Of a stretch of DNA of 64,000 nucleotides, positions 28,201-37,928 are shown piece after piece. The stretch is from Deltaproteobacteria bacterium. Its GTDB lineage: Bacteria; Bdellovibrionota; FAC87; UBA2466. Every line of letters begins with the position of its first letter. Position 1 is the stretch's first letter. Under the pieces are notes generated by a model, which worked only from the letters and a program-made list of their open reading frames with translations, did no database searches and was not told the DNA's origin. The stretch spans positions 22,644 through 86,643 of the forward strand of contig JACPWY010000019.1 in the NCBI GenBank assembly GCA_016196825.1. The letters are read 5' to 3'. The translations under genes and the position numbers were made by a program.

Positions 28201-29865
28201 TTACGCCGCTGGTCCCGAGCTCCTTTTCAGTTCCTCGATCTCCTTTTTAAGCTCAATCATCTTGAGCTCGCGTCCCACGGTGAGCTTTTGAAATCGCTCG
28301 AGTTCGGCCAGACGAACAAGCTCTCTGGTTCGTTGTTCCGCGACCTCTTTCTCGGCGCGTTTTTGGGCGGTCACGTCACGAGCAGCGGCGAAAACCCCCA
28401 ATACGTTTCCACGGACATCCTTATAAACGGAGGCGTTGTAAAGAACGTCGGTCAGCTTTCCATATTTGTGTCGAATCGTGAGCGGGTAATCAGATACGAA
28501 GCTTTTTGCAAATACCTGTTTGTAGCCCTCCCGCGCCTTCCCAGGCTCCGTGAAATAGTTCGAGAAGTCGGAGCCGATCAACTCCTGTCGCGAGGTGCCC
28601 GTGACTCTCATGGTCGCTTCATTAACGTCCATGATTTTGCCGTCAGGACTGATGGTCACGAGTGGATCTAAAGAGGCCTCAATCAAGCTTCGCGAATATT
28701 GTGACGCTTGTTTCTGCGCGGTCACGTCACGAGCAGCGGCGAATACGCCTGACACATTCGCGGTTCCATCCTTATAAACGGAGGCGTTGTAAAGAACGTC
28801 GCTCAGCTTTCCGTCTCTGTGCCGAATCGTGAGCGGATAGTCAGCGACAAACCCTTTGGCAAAGACTTGTTGATAACCTTCTCGTGCTTTCTCAGGCTCC
28901 GTGAAATAGTTCGAGAAGTCGGACCCGATCAATTCTTCTTGGGAAACACCGGTAACCTTGGTTGTGGCCTCGTTAACGTCCGTGATCTTACCATCGGCGC
29001 TAATGGTCACGAGTGGATCTAAGGAAGCCTCGATCAAGCTGCGGGCGTATTGCGACGCTTGTTTCTGCGCGGTCACGTCGCGAGCGGCGGCAAACACGCC
29101 CAGCACATTTCCGCGAACGTTCTTATAAACAGACGCATTGTAAAGAACATCGGTCAGCTTTCCGTCCTTGTGCCGAATCGTGAGGGGATAGTCGGAGACA
29201 AACCCTTGAGCGAATACCTGCTTATATCCCTCTCGCGCTTTCTCAGGCTCCGTGAAATAGTTCGAGAAGTCGGACCCGATCAATTCTTCTCGGGAAATAC
29301 CCGTAACCTTGGTTGTGGCCTCGTTAACGTCTGTGATCTTACCATCGGCGCTAATGGTCACGAGTGGATCTAAGGACGCCTCGATCAAGCTTCGGGCATA
29401 TTGAGCAGCTTGCTGCGAAGCCTCTTTCTGGGCCGTCACATCGCGTGTAATGGACGAGACACCCACGACGTCGCCTATTTTATTCTTAATTGGCGACACC
29501 GTCAGGGAGACGTCGATAATCACGCCATCTTTTTTAATGCGCTTCGTATCGTAATGCTCAGTTTTCTCACCTCGTTTAATCTTTTCTATGACGGGCGCCA
29601 ATTCGTTGGAATGGTCTTTCGGCACCAGGGTGTAAATTGATTGGCCGATCATCTCATCTGTTGTGAATCCGTAAATTCGTTCGGCGCCTTCGTTCCAGCT
29701 GGTGATCGTGCCGTCCAGATCCTTGCCTACGATCCCATCGTCGGCGGACTCGACAAGTGATGCGAGCCGGTCGCGATCATCCTCGAAACTGCTCGCCATC
29801 GATCCTTTTTCCTTCGAATACTTTCTGTATTGTGATTTTATCGGCACTTGGGTTTGCTCATGCAT
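28201..29865 (-). CDS. PAS-domain-only signalling protein with three near-identical tandem PAS repeats and C-terminal coiled coil
   Basis: An N-terminal PAS block is followed by three copies of a ~106-aa PAS unit (TAQKQASQYARSLIEASLDPLVTISADGKITDVNEAT…VFAAARDV). The tail is ELVRLAELERFQKL… with no output domain. Confidence 0.7.
   Translation of the reverse strand: MHEQTQVPIKSQYRKYSKEKGSMASSFEDDRDRLASLVESADDGIVGKDLDGTITSWNEGAERIYGFTTDEMIGQSIYTLVPKDHSNELAPVIEKIKRGEKTEHYDTKRIKKDGVIIDVSLTVSPIKNKIGDVVGVSSITRDVTAQKEASQQAAQYARSLIEASLDPLVTISADGKITDVNEATTKVTGISREELIGSDFSNYFTEPEKAREGYKQVFAQGFVSDYPLTIRHKDGKLTDVLYNASVYKNVRGNVLGVFAAARDVTAQKQASQYARSLIEASLDPLVTISADGKITDVNEATTKVTGVSQEELIGSDFSNYFTEPEKAREGYQQVFAKGFVADYPLTIRHRDGKLSDVLYNASVYKDGTANVSGVFAAARDVTAQKQASQYSRSLIEASLDPLVTISPDGKIMDVNEATMRVTGTSRQELIGSDFSNYFTEPGKAREGYKQVFAKSFVSDYPLTIRHKYGKLTDVLYNASVYKDVRGNVLGVFAAARDVTAQKRAEKEVAEQRTRELVRLAELERFQKLTVGRELKMIELKKEIEELKRSSGPAA
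28440..29400. repeat. three tandem ~318-bp near-identical repeats (each encoding one PAS domain)
   Basis: DNA blocks beginning gtcacgtcacgagcagcggcgaa… recur at about 28365, 28715 and 29065 with few substitutions. Protein repeats differ at about 10% of positions. Confidence 0.75.
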
Positions 29866-30013
29866 GGGCCACCTCGCTCAATTTTGTCGGAATTATTCTA
29901 GGCCACACCTTCGCCAAAAGCATTCCTGGATTTTCGTCTTTTCTGGGTCCAACAAAAAAGAAATATTGTTGCGCAGCACGGCAGACCTTCGCTGTGATCA
30001 TTGCCACTTAGAC

Positions 30014-30165
30014 ACTTTCTACTCGGAACGATCAAAACACCCTGGCCCTTCGTTCTCCGGTATCGCTTGATCGCCAACTTTTAAAAGAAAGGGCCCGTTC
30101 TCCCCGGTCCGGGACATTTTGCCTCGCTCCTCCCGACGAAAGGGATTTAGGGATAGGCTCTTAGC
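30014..30165. repeat. MITE-like palindromic repeat, copy A (variant core)
   Basis: Shares the left arm ctttctactcggaacg…cctggcccttcg and right arm ggacattttgcctcgctcctcccgacgaaaggg…taggataggctct with copy D (56697-56874). It has a different central segment. It lies in a divergent intergenic region. Confidence 0.6.
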
Positions 30166-30250
30166 CCAACGCATTAACGCGCTAGACTGCCTAAAACACT
30201 TCAGAATTTCGCCTGTTTTGCCGATAATAGAGAAGTCCTCCACCCAAACC

Positions 30251-31048
30251 ATGCGATCCCTCTGCATCATTCCGGTCTATAACCAGGCGCTTGATCTTTC
30301 TTTGGTGCTTGAGAAGTGTCGAAAGGGAATCGCGTGCGATGAAATTCTTTTGGTTGATGATGGCAGCGATGATGGGTCTGAGACCCTTATCGAGAAGTCG
30401 GGTTTTCGTTTTCTGAAACTCAAGGAGCGAAAGGGGATCGGCCACGCCCTTATCCAGGGAACTCAGTACGCGATCGAGCAGGGATTCGATATCGTGATCC
30501 ACATGGCCGGCAATGGGAAGATGGATCCGGCCGAGATGCCTCGGGTCCTCAATCCCATTTTGGAGGGGAAGGCCGATTACGTGTGGGGGAGTCGATTTTT
30601 GCCGGGCGGACGCTGTGACAATACGCCCGCCATTCGTCGGTACGGGATCCCGTTTTTGTTTAATCTGATTCCACTCATCTTCACGGGTAAGCGGGTGAGT
30701 GATGCCACCTGCGGATTTCGGGCCTACCGGGTCGCTCTTCTCGAGGATATCGCGAAGGGTTGGGATCTGCCGTGGCTCTTCAAATATGAGTTTGAGTATT
30801 TTGTTCTAGCGAAGGTCCTCTTGAGTCGGCGCTACCGCTATCAGGAGGTGCCCATCAGCATGATCTATCCGGCCCGCAGGAAGAACTACTCGAAGATCAC
30901 GCCTGTCATTTCATGGTGGTCGATGCTTAAGCCGTGGATCGTGGTGCGCCTAGGGCTCGAGCCGAAGCGGATTAGTTCCGCGTCGTCGACTCCACTCCCA
31001 AAACGGCCTGATGAACGGCCGGCTTCTCAACAACGGGCCGAGGGTTGA
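30251..31048 (+). CDS. glycosyltransferase family 2 (polyprenyl-phosphate sugar transferase-like)
   Basis: ATG at 30251 gives MRSLCIIPVYNQALDL…ILLVDDGSDDGS (GT-A fold, DxD). The longer ORF from 30119 runs into the repeat element and is unlikely. Confidence 0.7.
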   Translation: MRSLCIIPVYNQALDLSLVLEKCRKGIACDEILLVDDGSDDGSETLIEKSGFRFLKLKERKGIGHALIQGTQYAIEQGFDIVIHMAGNGKMDPAEMPRVLNPILEGKADYVWGSRFLPGGRCDNTPAIRRYGIPFLFNLIPLIFTGKRVSDATCGFRAYRVALLEDIAKGWDLPWLFKYEFEYFVLAKVLLSRRYRYQEVPISMIYPARRKNYSKITPVISWWSMLKPWIVVRLGLEPKRISSASSTPLPKRPDERPASQQRAEG

Positions 31049-31442
31049 TGAGCGTTTTCATGTTTTCTCGCCCCAAGTAGGGCCCCTGCTTCAACTCCAA
31101 AAACTCCGTGTCTTCCAGAAAGTGAAAGGCGTGGCCGCCCCTTAAGAGGAGAAGCGAATCGCCTGGTCCCATTTCGAATTCCTTTAAGAGTGTGTCCGAG
31201 GTGTCATAGACGGAGGCGATCACTTTCCCCCGCTTGACCATGATGAACTCCTGAAACTCTTCAACTACGGCGGCCTTCCCTCTGTGGCGGTGAGGCTCCA
31301 CGCATCCCCCTTTTTTGAAAACGCCGATGCCCAACTGAATGGGCTCGCTCAGAGGTGTGAGGAAGCTCGTCTTCTCAGGGGAGTGCGTGGCTCCAATGAA
31401 AATGGCGATCATCTGGTCGCCTGATGTCAGAATCTCAAGCAT
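30972..31442 (-). CDS. WbuC-like cupin-fold protein
   Basis: MLEILTSGDQMIAIFIGATHSPEKTSF…GGCVEPHRHRG has a cupin His cluster. The start is ambiguous (ATGs at 31463 and 31442), and the upstream ORF region is the other-frame shadow of the methyltransferase. Confidence 0.45.
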   Translation of the reverse strand: MLEILTSGDQMIAIFIGATHSPEKTSFLTPLSEPIQLGIGVFKKGGCVEPHRHRGKAAVVEEFQEFIMVKRGKVIASVYDTSDTLLKEFEMGPGDSLLLLRGGHAFHFLEDTEFLELKQGPYLGRENMKTLINPRPVVEKPAVHQAVLGVESTTRN

Positions 31443-32181
31443 GGCCCACTCCTCGGCAAACATATAACAGATTGTAGTCCGTTGGCGAAACCGGCGCCTC
31501 TCGGTAGGCAGGGAGCATGTCAAGGCACTCCCATTCCGCGGCCCGGAGGTTCGCCAGGAATTCTCTCGGTGTTTGGTAATACATCGTGTGATTTTCAGAG
31601 GCCGAAAATCCATTGCGGCTGGAGAGGTCGATTCGAATCTCAAGTTTTTGTTGAATCCAATCCAGTTCAGCCACGGACTGACGGGTGTAAAGCGCTCCGT
31701 CGGACCCTGGGGCTGAGCGTTCGCGGTAGGAGGCGAACTGAAAAGGCACCGCCGAGCCGTTCCAAACGTCGAAGATGGCAATCCCTCCCGGCTTCAGACA
31801 AAGGCGCAGGCGCTTCAGTGCCGCCAAAAGGGGCTCCCCATGGGGCAGGTAGTTTAAGACAGAAAACAGAGACAGAACGAGATCGGTGGCCCCGTCGGGT
31901 GTGTGGTCCAGAAATGCGATGGGGAGCTCGGTTTTCTTGGCTCGCTCGCGAGCCAGAGCGAGCATGTCGGGGGAGCTGTCGACGCCGGTCACGGTCCAGC
32001 ATTGGCGTGCGAGCTGTTCGCAGTGTCGGCCGGTGCCGCAGCCGTAATCGAGTGCTGTCTTTCCGCCCGAGCGGCCATGGCGATCCCAGAGCGAAAGAAC
32101 GAGGTCGATCTCCTTTTCATAGTCCTTCCCGGCGTAGAAGGCGTCGTACAGGCTCGAGTACCGCTCGCCGAAGGGGGTCAT
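31435..32181 (-). CDS. class I SAM-dependent methyltransferase
   Basis: ALDYGCGTGRHCEQLARQCWTVTGVDSSPDMLALARERA is SAM motif I plus post-I. Confidence 0.7.
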   Translation of the reverse strand: MTPFGERYSSLYDAFYAGKDYEKEIDLVLSLWDRHGRSGGKTALDYGCGTGRHCEQLARQCWTVTGVDSSPDMLALARERAKKTELPIAFLDHTPDGATDLVLSLFSVLNYLPHGEPLLAALKRLRLCLKPGGIAIFDVWNGSAVPFQFASYRERSAPGSDGALYTRQSVAELDWIQQKLEIRIDLSSRNGFSASENHTMYYQTPREFLANLRAAEWECLDMLPAYREAPVSPTDYNLLYVCRGVGHA

Positions 32182-33311
32182 GGGGTGAGCACCCTCCGCA
32201 GCGTCGCTGCAATACGATCGATCTCCGATTCCGTCAGGTGGCTACTCGACGGCAGATAGAGTCCTTTGGCGCCGAGGTGTTCCGCGATCGGGAGCGACTG
32301 ACCGGTTTGGAAGATGGGCTGGGTGTGCATGGGCGAAAAGAAGGGCCGGGATTCGATGCCCCGCTCTTTCAGAAGGGCCATCGCGTCTGAGACGGTCCGC
32401 TTGGTGTAGCTTGGTCGCAAGACGATGCCGTACATCCAATAACAGTTGCGGGCCCACTCTCGCTCGACGGGGAGCTGGATGAGATCCTCGAGTGTGCGGA
32501 GCCGGTCGGAGTAGCGGCGAGCGTTTTGTCGTCGCATTTCGACCAGGCTCTCAAACCGCTCCGTTTGAGCGCAGCCGAGGGCTGCCTGGAGATTGGTCAT
32601 GCGATAATTGAAACCCACCTCTTCGTGGTGGTAGCGCCGCTCGCCCTTCAGGGGAAACGCGAGATTTTTGAGGGAGCGGCAGCGGTCTGCGAGTTCACGA
32701 CGGTTGGTGCAGACCATTCCCCCTTCTCCGGTCGAAATGATCTTGTTGGCGTAAAAGGAGTAGACCGTCACATCGGGGAGGGCGGCGAGCTTTTTGCCCT
32801 GGTAGAGGGCGCCGTGCCCTTCGGCCGCATCTTCCAGCCAGCTCAGGCCGTGTTGACGGCAAAACGAGGCGATCGGATCCAAATCACACGGGTGACCGTA
32901 GATCGTGACCGACATCACCGCTTTGGTGCGCGGGGTGAGGGCGGCCTTGAGTTGAGCGGGATCCATCGTCCAGGTGTCGGGATCGGAATCGATAAACACA
33001 GGAGTGGCGCCGCAGTACTGAATGGCGAGGGCGGAGGCCACCATAGTGAAGGACGGAAGGATTACCTCGTCGCCCCCTCCAATCCCCAAGGCCTTAAGTC
33101 CTAGGTGGAGACCGACGGTTCCGTTGCAGACGGCGATCCCCTCGCGAGCGCCAACCTTTTCGGAAAAGGTCTCCTCAAATCTCGGAATGAATTCGCCCGC
33201 GGAGGAGATCCAGCCGGTCGAGACGGCGCGAGTGACGTATTCGAGCTCGCGGGGGCCGAGGGTGGGCTCACAGACCGGGATGCGCTTCTGATCCATGCGA
33301 GGCTCTCCCAA
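32178..33311 (-). CDS. DegT/DnrJ/EryC1/StrS family sugar aminotransferase
   Basis: IPVCEPTLGPRELEYVTRAVSTGWISSAGEFIPRFEETF…AVCNGTVGLHLGLKALG is typical of the family. Confidence 0.8.
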   Translation of the reverse strand: MGEPRMDQKRIPVCEPTLGPRELEYVTRAVSTGWISSAGEFIPRFEETFSEKVGAREGIAVCNGTVGLHLGLKALGIGGGDEVILPSFTMVASALAIQYCGATPVFIDSDPDTWTMDPAQLKAALTPRTKAVMSVTIYGHPCDLDPIASFCRQHGLSWLEDAAEGHGALYQGKKLAALPDVTVYSFYANKIISTGEGGMVCTNRRELADRCRSLKNLAFPLKGERRYHHEEVGFNYRMTNLQAALGCAQTERFESLVEMRRQNARRYSDRLRTLEDLIQLPVEREWARNCYWMYGIVLRPSYTKRTVSDAMALLKERGIESRPFFSPMHTQPIFQTGQSLPIAEHLGAKGLYLPSSSHLTESEIDRIAATLRRVLTP

Positions 33312-34425
33312 ATAGCTGTGCCCTTGTCGACGATTTCACGCCCAGGGCGTTGGCGATGGCATTGACCACTGTGTGTTGAATCGCGGGTGTCATCTGGGGC
33401 CAAATGGGTAATGACAAAACCTCTTGCGCCGCCTGTTCGGCGATAGGGCACGAAATAGCGAGGTGCTGGTACACCGGCAATTGGTGCACCGGGGTGGGAT
33501 AATAGACGATCGTTGATACGCCGGCCTTTTTGAGGCTTTCGACTACCGCATTTCGCCGCCCGTCCCGAATTCGGATTGTGAACTGATGATAGACATGGCT
33601 TTCAGAATGAGGGGTGCATCCGACGCCCGGCATGTCGCTCAACAGATCTGTGTAAAGGCGAGCAGCCACATTGCGGGCGGCGTTCATCGCCTCGACGCGA
33701 GGGAGCTTGATGCGAAGAATGGCGGCCTGCAGTTCGTCGAGGCGCGAGTTGTACCCGAGTGTCTCATTACGATAGCGTTCGATTGAGCCATGGGTGCGAA
33801 GTTTTCGCGCCTGAAGCGCCAACTCGGGATCGGATGTGACGACCAGCCCCGCATCGCCGAAAGCCCCCAGGTTTTTCGTTGGAAAAAAGGAGAAGCACCC
33901 GACGGTGCCTAAAGAACCCAATCGTCGTCCATGGCGACGACCTCCGAAAGCCTGAGCCACATCTTCAATAATGGGCACATTGGCCTTCTGCCCAATCTCA
34001 ATGATGCGATCCATGTCGGCGCTCTGTCCGAAAAGATGAACCGGAAGGATCGCCTTGGTGCGATTCGTTATCAAAATCTTATCGGGATCGATGTCGAAAA
34101 ACTTGGGCCGAATGTCGGCGAAGACGGGGCGAGCCCCCACTAGGCTAATCGCTTCGGCGGTTCCGAAAAAAGTGAACGGGGTGGTGATCACCTCATCGCC
34201 GGGGCCAACGCCCAGGGCTCTGAGCGCGATCACAAGTGCATCGGTGCCCGAATTGAGGCCGACCGCATAGGGGACTTCCAAAAAATGAGCAACCTCCTGC
34301 TCGAAGCGCGCCCCCTCCTCACCGAGGATGAAATGGCCGCTCCTCACAACTCGTTCGAGGGCGAGCGAAATCTCGGGCCACAGCGCTTCAATTTCAGGTT
34401 TGAGGTCGAGGATCGGTATCATCAC
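33268..34425 (-). CDS. DegT/DnrJ/EryC1/StrS family sugar aminotransferase (second copy)
   Basis: MMIPILDLKPEIEAL…GLNSGTDALVIALRALGV. The downstream partner's start codon lies within its last 44 bp (33268-33311). Confidence 0.8.
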   Translation of the reverse strand: MMIPILDLKPEIEALWPEISLALERVVRSGHFILGEEGARFEQEVAHFLEVPYAVGLNSGTDALVIALRALGVGPGDEVITTPFTFFGTAEAISLVGARPVFADIRPKFFDIDPDKILITNRTKAILPVHLFGQSADMDRIIEIGQKANVPIIEDVAQAFGGRRHGRRLGSLGTVGCFSFFPTKNLGAFGDAGLVVTSDPELALQARKLRTHGSIERYRNETLGYNSRLDELQAAILRIKLPRVEAMNAARNVAARLYTDLLSDMPGVGCTPHSESHVYHQFTIRIRDGRRNAVVESLKKAGVSTIVYYPTPVHQLPVYQHLAISCPIAEQAAQEVLSLPIWPQMTPAIQHTVVNAIANALGVKSSTRAQLFGRASHGSEAHPGL

Positions 34426-34459
34426 GATGCATTCTAGAATACTGGGGAATAACCGAAAC

Positions 34460-34897
34460 TCAAGGTTTCAGGCGGGTGAAGCCCACGGTGATCTTCCCCC
34501 GGGCCACCACCCCGCATTGGGTTAGGTTTCGAATGGTGAGGTGGAGGATGAGCGCCCTTTCCCCCTCGATTCTCTGGGCCACAACGGTTTCAATTTCCAC
34601 CGAGTCTCCAGGATAGGACGGAGCGTGGTAACGCACATCAGCCCCGAGAAGGAGGGCTTGGCGGCCGGGAAAGACCCTCCCAATGAAATGGGACAAAAGG
34701 CCGTGGAGGATGCCACCGTGGATCACCGGTCCCTGAAAGCCAGCCTTTTGGGCAAATTCCTTGTCCGCATGAAGGGGGTTGGTGTCGCCAAAGAGCGCCA
34801 TGAACGATTGGTGGAGCTCCTCGCTGAGTGGGTATTCATGGCTGTGGCGATCGCCGAGATGCACCTGGTCAAAATGAAAATCGGGAGAGATCTCCAT
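34460..34897 (-). CDS. MaoC-like (R)-hydratase/dehydratase, hotdog fold
   Basis: FMALFGDTNPLHADKEFAQKAGFQGPVIHGGILHGLLS is the MaoC signature. Confidence 0.7.
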   Translation of the reverse strand: MEISPDFHFDQVHLGDRHSHEYPLSEELHQSFMALFGDTNPLHADKEFAQKAGFQGPVIHGGILHGLLSHFIGRVFPGRQALLLGADVRYHAPSYPGDSVEIETVVAQRIEGERALILHLTIRNLTQCGVVARGKITVGFTRLKP

Positions 34898-34950
34898 TTC
34901 GTTATTCTACCTGGTTGACGAGAGATCGGGAGTCTTGAGAGCTTCTGCAG

Positions 34951-36063
34951 ATGGCAGTGGCTTTGGTGACCGGCTCCTCCGGGCTTGTGGGGAGCGAGAC
35001 CGTAAAATTCTTGGTTTCTCAGGGGCTGGAGGTTCATGGGCTCGACAACGACATGCGTTCCTATTTTTTTGGAGGCGAAGCCTCGACGCAATGGAACGCT
35101 GAGTGGCTGACGCATCATCTGAAACCCTTTCATCACCACTCGCTCGATATTCGCAATGAGGCGGAGGTCAACGCGCTCTTTGGGCGATTTGGTGGCGCCA
35201 TCGATCTCATTGTGCATGCCGCTGCCCAGCCGAGCCATGACTGGGCGGCGCGCGAGCCGCTCACCGATTTTTCTGTCAACGCAGTGGGGACCTTGGTTTT
35301 GCTGGAGGCCGCCCGCCGCCATTGCCCAGCCGCCACGTTTATTTTTATCTCAACGAATAAGGTCTATGGTGACCGTCCCAATTCTTTGCCGATTCTCGAG
35401 GGGGAATCTCGGTATGAAGTGGATCCCAAACATCCTTTCGCGCAATCCGGCATCGATGAGACGATGCCAATCGATCAGTCGAAGCACAGTCTCTTCGGGG
35501 TGAGCAAGATGGCGGCCGATCTCCTGGTGCAGGAATATGGCCGGTATTTTGGAATGAAGACCGGCGTTTTTCGTGGGGGCTGTCTGGCGGGGCCGGCCCA
35601 TTCTGGCGTCGAGCTCCATGGCTTTTTGCCTTACCTTGTTCGATGCGCAGTAACCGGGATCCCCTATCGCATTTTCGGATATCGAGGGAAGCAGGTTCGC
35701 GACAATATCCATTCCGCTGATCTGGTGAGCGCGTTCTGGCATTTTTATCGGCAGCCGGGTTGCGCAGCCGTCTACAATATCGGTGGCTCGCGCCACAGCC
35801 ACTGTTCGATCCTGGAAGTGATTCAGCTGATTCAGGAGATCGCGGGGCGCGAAATTTCTTACACGATCGAGGATGGGGCGCGGACTGGTGATCACATTTG
35901 GTGGATCAGCGATGTGCGTAAGTTTCAGCATCACTACCCGGGTTGGTCCTACCGTTATGATTTGCGGGGCATCCTCACCGAAATGGTTGAGGCCGCGCGG
36001 GAAAGATATCTCACTCCCCAACACTTCCGACAGAGTTTGGAAACTCCCCCTCTCAACGCATGA
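34951..36063 (+). CDS. NAD-dependent epimerase/dehydratase family protein
   Basis: [21 protein letters not shown] is a Rossmann motif. Extended SDR, 370 aa. Confidence 0.75.
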   Translation: MAVALVTGSSGLVGSETVKFLVSQGLEVHGLDNDMRSYFFGGEASTQWNAEWLTHHLKPFHHHSLDIRNEAEVNALFGRFGGAIDLIVHAAAQPSHDWAAREPLTDFSVNAVGTLVLLEAARRHCPAATFIFISTNKVYGDRPNSLPILEGESRYEVDPKHPFAQSGIDETMPIDQSKHSLFGVSKMAADLLVQEYGRYFGMKTGVFRGGCLAGPAHSGVELHGFLPYLVRCAVTGIPYRIFGYRGKQVRDNIHSADLVSAFWHFYRQPGCAAVYNIGGSRHSHCSILEVIQLIQEIAGREISYTIEDGARTGDHIWWISDVRKFQHHYPGWSYRYDLRGILTEMVEAARERYLTPQHFRQSLETPPLNA

Positions 36064-37928
36064 ACCTGGATCATCTGAAGGCTCTTCGGAATGCGAAACC
36101 GGAAGAGTATTGGTCTGAGTACCGCCGCATGGTGGGGTTGGCGCTGTCATTCTCCGATCTTTTTGCGCTCAAGCGGGAAGCCGACCGGGCAAAGGCAATC
36201 GTGGGGAGGGCGGACTGGCTCGCGTTACGATTGGCTCTGATCGGCGGAGCCAACTTTCGACCATTTTGTGATGGCGTGGAGGCGGCCCTTTTGGGTGAAG
36301 GGATTCGGGCGGAGATTTGGGTGGGGGAGATCGATCGCCAGGTTTGGGAGGTGAATGATCCGCAGAGCGAACTCGTCGGGTTTCGCCCTGATGTGGTGGC
36401 TTTTTTCCCGTCGGAAAACCTCCTTCGTTGGGAGGATGGTCTTAGGGTCGCGGAGTCAGTCAGTCGGGGGCGTGTCAATCAGGTCGTGGAGGAAACACTG
36501 GGGCTCTGCCAGCGCATCTTTGATCATTTGGGGGCGGAGGTTTTGCTTTTGAACTATCCGCTTTTTGGAGACTGTGATCTCGGGCCTTATCGAAATCGGC
36601 AGCTCGGTAGCCTTTGGGCTTTTCGTAAGATGGTGAATTTGGAATTGGGCTTGCGGGCACCGGCCTTCGTGCGGGTGTGCGATCTGGAATTTCTCAGCGC
36701 ACGCCTTGGCACCGACTTGAGCCGTGATGCCCGGGGGTGGTTGGAAAGTCGACAACCCTTTTCGCAAGAATTGATGTTTGGGGCGGCAAAAGAGCTCGCT
36801 CACATGATCTCACGTCTTCGACAGACGCCGAAGAAGGTCTTGGTGCTCGATCTCGACAACACGCTTTGGGGCGGGATCCTGGGAGAGGAGGGTGTGGAGG
36901 GGGTTGAACTGGGGCACAATTCGGCGCGGGGGGAGGCCTTCAAAGGGTTTCAGAGCTACGTGAAGACGCTGGCTCAGCGAGGAATCCTGCTCGTTGTGTG
37001 CAGCAAGAACGACGATTCGCTGGCGCGCGAAGCATTTGTGAATCACCCGGAGATGGTGCTGAAAATGGATGACCTGGCCGGGTTCTCAGTCAATTGGGGA
37101 CCAAAATCTGAGGCGATCGCTTCTATCGCCCGGCAGCTGGCGTTGGGGCTGGAATCGTTCGTTTTTGTCGACGATAATCCTGCGGAGATCGCCGAAGTGA
37201 ACCTAGCTCTGCCCGAGGTAGCCACGGTGGTACTGGGGGACGACCCAGTGGATTTTGTTCGTCGGCTCCAGCGGGGACGTCACTTTGAACCCCATTCGCT
37301 ACTGGAAGAAGATTTTGAACGCGGGCAACTCTACCATCAGCAAAGGCAGCGGAAGGATCTGAAAACTTCTGTTTCGGATCTGAAATTCTATCTGCGCTCC
37401 CTTGAAATGGTGGCGGAGGTCCAAGTGGCCGGGGCTTGCGATCTGCCGCGCGTGGCCCAGCTTATCGGTAAGAGCAATCAATTCAACCTCACCGCAAAGC
37501 GGAGGACTTTGGGAGAGATACAGACGCTTCTTAAAAGCGAAGGCTCCGCGGGGGTGACAGTGCGATTGCGGGATCGTTTCGGGGATCAGGGGCTCATCGC
37601 GGCGGTGCTACTGGTGGAGAGCGGCCAGGGCGCGGCGATCGATACGTGGGTGATGAGTTGCCGGGTGTTGGGGCGTCAGGTGGAAGAGCTGACGGTCAAT
37701 GCGTTGGTCGCTTTGGCTGAGCGTCGCGGCTGGAGATGGATTCGAGCGAACTATGTGGAGACTGCGAAAAACCGCCTTGTGAAGGAGCTTCTGCCCAATA
37801 TGGGATTTGTTGAAGGCGAATTGGATGTGCTTGGGTTTACCCCGCGATCGACATTTATAGTTGGGTCAAGCGGAGAATTCGATCGATCTCCGCGAGTGAA
37901 TTCGCAAACAGAAGAAATGTCGCGCTGA
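36060..37928 (+). CDS. FkbH-like HAD-superfamily subfamily IIIC protein
   Basis: [27 protein letters not shown] is the HAD-IIIC/FkbH motif with catalytic DxDxT. There are about 250-aa N-terminal and C-terminal extensions. Start overlaps the epimerase stop (ATGA). Confidence 0.7.
   Translation: MNLDHLKALRNAKPEEYWSEYRRMVGLALSFSDLFALKREADRAKAIVGRADWLALRLALIGGANFRPFCDGVEAALLGEGIRAEIWVGEIDRQVWEVNDPQSELVGFRPDVVAFFPSENLLRWEDGLRVAESVSRGRVNQVVEETLGLCQRIFDHLGAEVLLLNYPLFGDCDLGPYRNRQLGSLWAFRKMVNLELGLRAPAFVRVCDLEFLSARLGTDLSRDARGWLESRQPFSQELMFGAAKELAHMISRLRQTPKKVLVLDLDNTLWGGILGEEGVEGVELGHNSARGEAFKGFQSYVKTLAQRGILLVVCSKNDDSLAREAFVNHPEMVLKMDDLAGFSVNWGPKSEAIASIARQLALGLESFVFVDDNPAEIAEVNLALPEVATVVLGDDPVDFVRRLQRGRHFEPHSLLEEDFERGQLYHQQRQRKDLKTSVSDLKFYLRSLEMVAEVQVAGACDLPRVAQLIGKSNQFNLTAKRRTLGEIQTLLKSEGSAGVTVRLRDRFGDQGLIAAVLLVESGQGAAIDTWVMSCRVLGRQVEELTVNALVALAERRGWRWIRANYVETAKNRLVKELLPNMGFVEGELDVLGFTPRSTFIVGSSGEFDRSPRVNSQTEEMSR

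Noticed and set aside
27070-29400. Possible CRISPR array, given tandem repeats
   Set aside because: The repeats are 63 bp and 318 bp long, in-frame within well-supported CDSs, with no unique spacers, no leader and no cas genes. They are protein-domain repeats, not CRISPR.
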